Positions 1 through 7,630 of a stretch of DNA of 64,000 bases are shown here, piece by piece. A program made the position numbers and the translations under genes. Below the pieces are notes generated by a model that was given only the letters and a program-made list of their open reading frames with translations, was not told the DNA's origin and did no database searches. The stretch lies in sequence record MN871444.1. One strand, written 5' to 3'. Every line of letters begins with the position of its first letter. Position 1 is the stretch's first letter.

Positions 1-980
1 TCAATACCGTATTTGTGGGTTCCGTCAGCACGGCAGTTACTCAACTGACTGCGATTATCTAAAACAAATCCGCTATAAGTTCCACTCGCCCCATTTGAAT
101 TATTAAGGGCATGACAATTACTCATTATGGCTGAGCCATAAAAACCATGACCATAATTTAAATCAGCGCGGCAATTGGTTAATTTATGCATGGCTCCCGT
201 GGCTGACACACATATCCCAATTTCCGATAACTCCCCCTCCAAATTGACGGCGTAGTTATTTGCGCCACCCAGCAATATACCGCAAAGATACAATGATGTT
301 GATTGTATCGCAGTAATGCCAGTATTACCCTGAATACGTTCAATAAAATTATCGGCGCCATTGAACACAAACACCCCGGTTCTTGCCGATCTCGAACGAT
401 TTAATAAACAGTTTGTTCCAGAAAGATCTGAAAATTTTCCAATCAGAGCATTTGTAACCAATGCCTCATCGGAAAAATAATCCCACTTACATGCAGTGAC
501 AATCCAGTCGTTTGACCCCGCACGAAGATTGACCCCACCACCAGGCAATGCTAACCCACCGCCTTTAAAATCAATCCCGATAATCCCACCACAGTCGCCA
601 CCACCAGTAGGGGTATCTATAACCCATCCTGAAGTTGCCGGCGTAAACTGAGTACCGTACTTAGTTATGGACGCCCCGAAGGATAATATCCCACGCACAG
701 CACCAAAGGTACAACCAATATGGCAGACGTTAGATTTATTTATAAAATTTAATTTATAAACCCCTCTAGGCCAGTAAATCCCACCACCACCTAACGAACT
801 GACATAATCTACCAAGGCTTGCGCCGCTGCAGAATCGTCAGTTATGCCATCCCCAATAATACCATAATCCTTAGCATTAAAAACATCGCTTAAACGCGCC
901 GCCAATGTTCTGGTAACTGATGGGCCATTTTGCGCGGCAAAAGACACCATGCTTGCGCCATCACTTGAACCCAGGTTTGA
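1..980 (-). CDS. Headless (silent) tailspike/depolymerase cassette; continues off the left edge
   Basis: Manual translation shows an uninterrupted frame from 1004 past base 1 (SNLGSSDGASMVSFAAQNGPSVTRTLAARLSDVFNAKDYGIIGDGITDDSAAAQ...IYWPRGVY), typical of a pectate-lyase-3 beta-helix start. In-frame TGA at 1007-1005, no anchor domain and no RBS-backed start. Confidence 0.85.
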
Positions 981-985
981 GGGAA
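960..985 (-). repeat. Left invertase recombination site (hix/gix-like)
   Basis: Minus strand reads TTCCCTCAAACC-TG-GGTTCAAGTGAT; 23/26 identical to the site at 1762-1787, in inverted orientation. Confidence 0.88.
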
Positions 986-1018
986 TATATGTCGACACCA
1001 ACCCTCAAGGACATAAAA

Positions 1019-1570
1019 ATGATCTACGGTTATGCCCGAGTTTCTACTCAACATCAGGATACTACACTACAACTTATTGCGCTTCAGGCAGCCGGTTGCG
1101 ATGAAATTCGCGAAGAAAAAGCGTCTGGTAGAAGTAGAAACAGACCCGTATTGAAGAAACTGCTAACCGATCTTCAATCCGGCGATGAATTAGTATTGTG
1201 GAAAATAGACAGGATGGGTAGGAATGTATTACATGCCTTAACCTGGTTGGCTGAGCTGCAGGATAAGAATGTAAACCTCAGGTCAATCACCGACGCTATC
1301 GATATGCGTACTGCTTCTGGCCGTTATAGTTTTCGCAATATTTTGAATGCCGCACAGTACGAATCGGACGTAAATAGCGAAAGAACCTTGGCTGGACTAG
1401 CTGCAGCCAGAGCACAAGGTAGGGTGGGTGGAAGAAAACCAACAATGACCGAACCCGTTTTGGAGAAAGCACGGGATTTAATAAATGCCGGAAATAATTA
1501 CCGTGAAGTAGCTGAAGTCATCGGAGTGACCACAAAAACGATATACAAATATTTTCCAGTCAATTCATAA
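1019..1570 (+). CDS. Serine DNA invertase (Hin/Gin/Pin family)
   Basis: MIYGYARVST catalytic Ser motif, WKIDRMGRN, ERTLAGLAAARAQGRVGGRK and a C-terminal HTH. Start moved to ATG 1019 (AAGG RBS); ATG 989 is possible. Confidence 0.95.
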   Translation: MIYGYARVSTQHQDTTLQLIALQAAGCDEIREEKASGRSRNRPVLKKLLTDLQSGDELVLWKIDRMGRNVLHALTWLAELQDKNVNLRSITDAIDMRTASGRYSFRNILNAAQYESDVNSERTLAGLAAARAQGRVGGRKPTMTEPVLEKARDLINAGNNYREVAEVIGVTTKTIYKYFPVNS

Positions 1571-1577
1571 TTTTTTG

Positions 1578-1600
1578 ATGAGGCGGCTTGGCCGCCTCAT
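1578..1600 (+). terminator. Hairpin ATGAGGCGGC-TTG-GCCGCCTCAT followed by TTTATG
   Basis: Perfect 10-bp stem just after the invertase stop. Confidence 0.75.
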
Positions 1601-1634
1601 TTTATGCTTATCATTTTTTACAAGAGGGGCTATC

Positions 1635-3326
1635 ATGGCCAACAGAGCGATTACGAAGAAAATTAGTGCTTTGCCGACCTACGCACTGAACAACAATAAC
1701 GGCAATTTACTGTATAGTGAGGGGGGTGCAAATTACCAATTTCCGTTGAGTAATATTGCCCTTCTTTCAAACCTGGGTTCAAGTGAAGTGGGTAAAGGGG
1801 CGAGTCTGATAGGGACATCAGACGGTAGCAATTTACAACAAATTGCAACAGTAGTAAGTGACCAACTTATAACCAACCCACAAATTGTTGCTGGCGACAA
1901 CATGTCCGTTTTAGACCGAATCAAAGTCAAAGGCCAGTATGACATCAACCCGGCACCTCAGGAACCCCAAGCCGCAGTAGGTATTACTTTTGGAGGGCAG
2001 AATAATACCGGAACCATTATGTTAAATAGTCGAGGTGGAATTCAAACCTCGGTCACAGTAGATGGTTTAACTACAGCGAAAGGATTACACTACCCCTATT
2101 CGGAAGGAATGGGTTATTGGCATGGGGCCTATCAAGATACCTTAGTAAAATTCCCTATAGACGGGATGGCCGATGATAATATCACATACGGTATATTGTT
2201 CTCACATGACGAAAAAACCAACACTCCCAGGATGTTTGCGGTATCTCCACAGTTAACAGAACGGGTTAACTATACAGATCCAGGTAGATATCGCTGGGGC
2301 GGCGCAAACTTTACAGCAGTCCGTGAATTGGCCCAGCTCGATGCAATTGGTAGAAGTTCAGCCAATTCATACGACACTTGGTTCACATTGGATAGTTCCA
2401 ATCCCAATTATATTAATTTCGTATCTTTAACAAATCCAAATTCTGTTACTGGTGGTAATTTTTCATGTATTTTCAGTATAGGCAATTATAGTGCTGATAA
2501 AGTTACAACCTACATACTGGACGTAACAATTCCATCGGCGATTACCACATTAACTCAATATGACGTTAATAAATACATTAGATTTACGGGGATTGGTGGA
2601 GGTTCACTATATCACTATACGGACGCTACTTCTCAAACAAAACCTCGGATTGGTTTTGTTCAAAACACCACCACCGGGGTACTTGATTTTTATATTCAGG
2701 TACCAGCACACGCAACCTATTTTGGTTGTAAATGCTTAAATTCAGGCAATCCTGCTTTATTTGACTGGAGATGGAGAAATTACATCGGGGGTACGCAATT
2801 ATCGGGTCTTGCTGGTAGTCCTCCCGCAGGTGTTGTTTGGGGGAACACGGCATATACTGGAAGTAATTATCGAACAGTGATGTTAAATGACGGTAGTTTA
2901 TTTTCAGTACCTGAGGGCTATGCTGTCTTGAGATGCCACATCAATGGTCCAGCTGGGGTGATTAACGCCGCGCCATTTAAAGCATATGTGTCATCATTTT
3001 GTTATGCGACTAATTTCGATAGTAAAATAGCCAATGTGACTTGCGCCATACCTAGTTTAAACTGGTATATCACCGGGGCAGATCTAGCCACAGATATGCC
3101 TTGGCAGATTAGACTCCCCCACGATCTAACTGATGTCGAATCGTACCGATGTGTTGTGTCTAGTACTGATACAACAAATCACACATTTATGTTTGCTGTC
3201 AAAAAAGTGAATACTTCCGGCACGTTAGATTCCAGTAATAACGTAATTTTGACCAAGTCCCTAAGTACTAGTCCAGTACAAATAAGTAGTGTATCGTGGA
3301 TTGATGTACTGGTTAAACTACCATAA
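1635..3326 (+). CDS. Tail fibre/RBP, currently expressed orientation (constant anchor + variable part A)
   Basis: ATG 1635 with GAGGGG RBS; N-terminal anchor shared with 5190 and 7631; LGSS..GKGASLIG linker; recombination site lies at codons 43-51. Confidence 0.8.
   Translation: MANRAITKKISALPTYALNNNNGNLLYSEGGANYQFPLSNIALLSNLGSSEVGKGASLIGTSDGSNLQQIATVVSDQLITNPQIVAGDNMSVLDRIKVKGQYDINPAPQEPQAAVGITFGGQNNTGTIMLNSRGGIQTSVTVDGLTTAKGLHYPYSEGMGYWHGAYQDTLVKFPIDGMADDNITYGILFSHDEKTNTPRMFAVSPQLTERVNYTDPGRYRWGGANFTAVRELAQLDAIGRSSANSYDTWFTLDSSNPNYINFVSLTNPNSVTGGNFSCIFSIGNYSADKVTTYILDVTIPSAITTLTQYDVNKYIRFTGIGGGSLYHYTDATSQTKPRIGFVQNTTTGVLDFYIQVPAHATYFGCKCLNSGNPALFDWRWRNYIGGTQLSGLAGSPPAGVVWGNTAYTGSNYRTVMLNDGSLFSVPEGYAVLRCHINGPAGVINAAPFKAYVSSFCYATNFDSKIANVTCAIPSLNWYITGADLATDMPWQIRLPHDLTDVESYRCVVSSTDTTNHTFMFAVKKVNTSGTLDSSNNVILTKSLSTSPVQISSVSWIDVLVKLP
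1762..1787 (+). repeat. Right invertase recombination site (hix/gix-like)
   Basis: TTCTTTCAAACC-TG-GGTTCAAGTGAA; left half resembles hixL TTCTTGAAAACC; 20 bp perfectly inverted relative to 961-980. Confidence 0.88.
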
Positions 3327-3341
3327 GTTGCAGGTGAGAAC

Positions 3342-5069
3342 ATGAATTATTATTATATCGATCCGACCGCCACGTCCTCAGGTAATGGGACAATAACAGC
3401 ACCATATCAATCGTTTACTGCACTGATTTCCGCAGGTATAATTCATCCATGCACTATTTATTTGAAACGAGGGACTACGTTATGTGAAAACGCCAACTTT
3501 GGCGTATCTGGTCTGGCCAATACTACTGGGATTATGTCGTATATAGATTGCTACGGTTCCGGGCCTTTACCAATATGGATGAATAAAAAATACGTCACCG
3601 TGGGAACCGCATTAGATGGATATACTTATAGCGGTATGCATATTACCGCACGAAATACACAAAACATCACCATCCAAAATATTGAATTTTATACCAGGAA
3701 TGACTTGACTGTGGTTGACAATAACCCCTCTTCATTCTTATGGTTGGAATTGCCAGCGGCCACTACCGAGATATCCGCTAACGTATGGGTTAACCAATGT
3801 AAGTTCCATGGTGACCCGATTATCCGTAGTGGAAAACACACGTGGTATGAATCGGTCATTAATATAAAAGTCAATGCAAGTGCAACTAATCGGGTTAATT
3901 ATTTTGGCGTGCGGTATTGTGACTTTTATAACGTATCAAGGCCCATCAATATTGTCGGCAATCATTGGACGGCGGACGATATTACTAGCAATGCAACCGG
4001 TACTTATTATTCCAGGGGTGTAAAAGTAGAACATTGTTCTATGGTCGGGATTTCAAAAGGCGGTTGTCAGTTTGCCGGAGTGGAAAGTAAAAACTCCGCA
4101 TATGTCGTGGATGTTGACCAATCGGTTATGCGTGACATCAGCTATTCCAAATACCGGTGGGATAACGCGTTGGAAAATTCTGATACGTTGTATGCTGATG
4201 CCGGATTCTGGACTTATAGATGTAATCGGGTGATGCTTGAAAATATCCGTGGTGGTGGGATGTGGCCTTCTGTGACGGACAACGAATTAATTGATTTCGA
4301 TTACCTCAGCTGGGATTGCGTTGCACGATACATCATCGGGTTCAACAACGCAGCATCAATATTGTTTATGGGGCATTCTTCTACCGCTTCTCAAGGCGGT
4401 TCTAGGGCAGCATATTCCGGTTATTCCTCGACGTATACTCCAGCGCAATGGTTTTATGAGCGTAGAAATGGTCAAGGTAATAACATTGTTGAGTTTTGCT
4501 ATTTCTTCAACGATGGGATTCAAACCGTACCCGCCCCCTCCACTGGATATGGGGATTGCGCAAATATCCGTTCCAGGAATATAAATTATTCAAATATTGT
4601 TAGGAATTGTGTATTCATTGATACCGTGTCTACTACGATGAAATATTTGGTTTCTAATAACAATCTTGCACTTACTGCTGGAGAGCCATACCGTCTATCT
4701 ATCGAAAACTGCGTTTATTATTCCAGATACAACAATGGAATTGACCTAATAACTCCACTCGCAAACACAACCACGTATAGTGCAACAGCGACGAAGATGA
4801 CTAACATAATTGCTATGTCTGCTGCATGGGCAAGTACTAATTATGCGTCTATTCTTAGCACTTTAAGTGCTAACTGCACCACTAATAATGCTCGGATAGT
4901 CGACCCCCTATTTCGCTTCGTACCAGCCCAACCGCCAGTATCGGTGAAATCGGCATTGAAGATATCCGTGACCTCCGATTCACCCTGTATTTCTTCCGGC
5001 ATATCCAGTGGTAATTTGGACATCGTGGGGAAAACGTGCTCCGATATTTTTTGGAGATCCTTAAGTTGA
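3342..5069 (+). CDS. Right-handed beta-helix (pectin-lyase-like) protein, putative depolymerase without anchor
   Basis: YYIDPTATSSGNGTITAPYQSF...IYLKRGT N-terminus and V/I-x-N-C repeats; 15 bp after the upstream fibre gene. Confidence 0.7.
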   Translation: MNYYYIDPTATSSGNGTITAPYQSFTALISAGIIHPCTIYLKRGTTLCENANFGVSGLANTTGIMSYIDCYGSGPLPIWMNKKYVTVGTALDGYTYSGMHITARNTQNITIQNIEFYTRNDLTVVDNNPSSFLWLELPAATTEISANVWVNQCKFHGDPIIRSGKHTWYESVINIKVNASATNRVNYFGVRYCDFYNVSRPINIVGNHWTADDITSNATGTYYSRGVKVEHCSMVGISKGGCQFAGVESKNSAYVVDVDQSVMRDISYSKYRWDNALENSDTLYADAGFWTYRCNRVMLENIRGGGMWPSVTDNELIDFDYLSWDCVARYIIGFNNAASILFMGHSSTASQGGSRAAYSGYSSTYTPAQWFYERRNGQGNNIVEFCYFFNDGIQTVPAPSTGYGDCANIRSRNINYSNIVRNCVFIDTVSTTMKYLVSNNNLALTAGEPYRLSIENCVYYSRYNNGIDLITPLANTTTYSATATKMTNIIAMSAAWASTNYASILSTLSANCTTNNARIVDPLFRFVPAQPPVSVKSALKISVTSDSPCISSGISSGNLDIVGKTCSDIFWRSLS

Positions 5070-5108
5070 TCAAAATAGTATGCCTGTTCTAACCCATAAA
5101 CAACATAT

Positions 5109-5132
5109 GAGGCAGGGCTTTCGCCCTGCCTC
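5109..5132 (+). terminator. Hairpin GAGGCAGGGC-TTTC-GCCCTGCCTC + T tract
   Basis: Perfect 10-bp stem followed by TTTTATTT. Confidence 0.85.
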
Positions 5133-5189
5133 TTTTATTTCGCCAGTTCCGTAGTCGGTGAGCTACGTCAAAACCAAAGGATACTGATT

Positions 5190-7091
5190 ATGGTCGCACG
5201 TGCAGTCACAAAAAAGATTACTGACTTACCTCTCTACTCACTTAATTTAAATCAAGGAAATATCCTTTATAGTGAAGGTGGACTCAGTTATCAATACCCT
5301 ATGTCTGGGATCGTCAAGAAAGCATTTACTTTTACTGTAGGCGGCACACTACAATCCAACACCGATCGCATCAGTGACGGGGTCTACCTGTATTATTGGA
5401 CCGGACAATACCCAAAAATAGTCGCCGCAGGAACCACAATTCAAAATACCGGCGGAATCGGTGTCGGGGCATGGGCTCCCGACACCGAATTAACCCTTAG
5501 GGATTATTTAAGTTCAACTTCCGGCAGTAGTGCAGTTGGATTATCTCTCGGGGGTACCGTTAATGACGCTATAGGTTGGGTAATCCCAGAAAATTTTGGT
5601 GTAGACTATAGTAACGCTGCCGCCGGTTTGCAGGCGGCCATGAATTATGCGGTATCTGTGGGGAAACCATTAAAAGTGTTGGGAAAAACCATCACCTTGA
5701 AATCACAAATCACGATACCTACGCAGTTGGTTGCAGATTTCACCGGATCGGTATTTATTGCTGATGCAGCTATTACCTCTGGAGCAGCAATAGTAGTAGA
5801 TGGGTCTGGTTCTATTGTCGCCGGGCAATACGCCGGTAACATTACTGGATTGGTATTAATAAGACCTTTATCTAGTGGGCACCCGGATACTAGCTCTAAT
5901 GTTGATGGTATTAGTTTTACTGGTTCTAGTGGTCAAGCATCAGATATGAAGTGGGTATTCCCACAGGTCTATGGGTTTAGAGATAATATCCGGTACGATG
6001 GGCCTAATACATATTTAAATAATTTTATTTCACCAAGGATAGGTTTTGCTTGGCGCCGGGGGATAGCTGTTTACGCCAGTGTAAACTCTAATGAAAACCA
6101 CTTTATTACCGGTGGGTCTATCTTTAACTGCAACAATACACAATTTAATGGCGTAGGTATATACATCGACCCTACAGCGTCAGATACTGAATTGCATTTA
6201 TGCGGTACTTCGATAGACTATTGCGATTTATCCATCTATGCTTATCTTGGTCGCGTAGAATGTACAACTTGCCATTTTGAAAATAACAATAATAATCCCC
6301 ACGTTACTTTAAGTTACACCCCGGCAAAAGAAAAACCAACATTCGTCATGCATGGTGGTGTTTTGGGTGGTGGTCCGGGAATCACAACGTGGACGGGTAT
6401 ACCCGTGGAAGGCAATAATGGTAGACCTTCATTAATTTACGCCGTGAATACTGGTTCGGTGAACGTTCATCTTTATGGTGTTAAATGCGGTGGGTATAAG
6501 GCTGGGGTCCGTCGAGATACTGAGATATTAAAAGTAGAAGCCAACAATACTAGTGTACTAAATACAGTGGACATCCACCCAATATTGGATGCAGGTAATG
6601 CAGATACTTCTTCTAGACCATTACGTGTATGCAACGCACTTAATGCGATGTATGTGACCTCATACTCGATGGCTGGCTGGACCCAGTCAGTAAGCCGCAA
6701 TGATGGGACAATCACTTTCAGTGTAGATACTACGGTGTATTACGATTCAAACTCACCACATTCGAGAAAATACGTCGGTACAGCAGCATTTTCTACTGGG
6801 ATATATCAAGATATTCCGTGCGTTGGGGGAAAAATATTTAATTTGAATTTATTTGTTTTAGTCACTGCATTAACTGCCGGTTCAGTAAATATTCGATGTG
6901 AGTTTTACGCTCCAGGAAACACCCTGATTGCCACCGAAATAAAAACCATAAATGCAGTTACTGCCGATTGGACCCAGCTTTGGGTATACAGAAAAGTTCC
7001 AAATGGCGCAGTTAGTGTCAGGGTCCAAGAGTACTACAATGGATTTACTGGCACCGCCTATTTTTCAAATGAAAATTTATGGTTCCATTAA
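5190..7091 (+). CDS. Tailspike/depolymerase: anchor + TSP N-domain + beta-helix + C-terminal CBM-like domain
   Basis: Shared anchor; GGTLQ...YYWTGQYPK.V.AG...GG.G.GAW tailspike N-domain; PENFG...AAAGLQAA helix start; jelly-roll-like C-terminus. Confidence 0.8.
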   Translation: MVARAVTKKITDLPLYSLNLNQGNILYSEGGLSYQYPMSGIVKKAFTFTVGGTLQSNTDRISDGVYLYYWTGQYPKIVAAGTTIQNTGGIGVGAWAPDTELTLRDYLSSTSGSSAVGLSLGGTVNDAIGWVIPENFGVDYSNAAAGLQAAMNYAVSVGKPLKVLGKTITLKSQITIPTQLVADFTGSVFIADAAITSGAAIVVDGSGSIVAGQYAGNITGLVLIRPLSSGHPDTSSNVDGISFTGSSGQASDMKWVFPQVYGFRDNIRYDGPNTYLNNFISPRIGFAWRRGIAVYASVNSNENHFITGGSIFNCNNTQFNGVGIYIDPTASDTELHLCGTSIDYCDLSIYAYLGRVECTTCHFENNNNNPHVTLSYTPAKEKPTFVMHGGVLGGGPGITTWTGIPVEGNNGRPSLIYAVNTGSVNVHLYGVKCGGYKAGVRRDTEILKVEANNTSVLNTVDIHPILDAGNADTSSRPLRVCNALNAMYVTSYSMAGWTQSVSRNDGTITFSVDTTVYYDSNSPHSRKYVGTAAFSTGIYQDIPCVGGKIFNLNLFVLVTALTAGSVNIRCEFYAPGNTLIATEIKTINAVTADWTQLWVYRKVPNGAVSVRVQEYYNGFTGTAYFSNENLWFH

Positions 7092-7106
7092 TTTAGGGGT
7101 TTCAAT

Positions 7107-7628
7107 ATGGCCTCAAACTTCTATATTGTCGACTTATCTTTACCGGCCACTGAACTCGTTTATGGGCTTATCAACAATGATAACGATACGAATTACGGGC
7201 CAGACAAAGTAACCCTCGGCGAAGTATCTGCTGTCCCAAGCGAAACTCCACGCAACAGTACGTTGACCCTTTCGAGGGTCAACTATCCACTTATGACTCT
7301 CGATATTTTCTATGACCGGCTAACCTTTGCCGAGGTCATTGATTCTGATTACCCTATCGTTATAAGTCGTGAGGCTGGAGATACTACCATCTGGGATTTA
7401 ATCAATGGAGTTAATGAGGGGCTGGGATTTGGGTTGGTGCCGGCGGATATAGTCAATGCAGCATTGGATTTATCCGACCCTAATGTAACTCTGGTTTCGG
7501 ATGCTAAGTCTTATGCGTGGCTCGGGGAAATACCCGTCCTATATTTAGAACCTGGGGAAATCGCCTTTCAAATAAATGATGGGGATTTACTCTATCTGGA
7601 TGATGATACCATCATGGTGGGGAACTAA
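7107..7628 (+). CDS. Putative virion structural/adaptor protein
   Basis: Acidic; LINNDN...RNSTLTL...FYDRL pattern resembles jumbo-phage virion protein domains; lies between RBP genes. Confidence 0.5.
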   Translation: MASNFYIVDLSLPATELVYGLINNDNDTNYGPDKVTLGEVSAVPSETPRNSTLTLSRVNYPLMTLDIFYDRLTFAEVIDSDYPIVISREAGDTTIWDLINGVNEGLGFGLVPADIVNAALDLSDPNVTLVSDAKSYAWLGEIPVLYLEPGEIAFQINDGDLLYLDDDTIMVGN

Positions 7629-7630
7629 AC

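Noticed and set aside
920-1018. N-terminal extension of the invertase ORF in the track
   Set aside because: It crosses the recombination site and overlaps the antisense tailspike cassette; family homology begins at MIYGYARVS (1019).
1019-1570. Invertase as a Tn3 resolvase or prophage integrase
   Set aside because: No transposase, res site or terminal repeats seen; the inverted hix-like sites within RBP reading frames explain it better.
1575-1634. Extended start of the tail fibre (MMRRLGRL...)
   Set aside because: It runs through the hairpin; the RBS and paralog alignment support ATG 1635.
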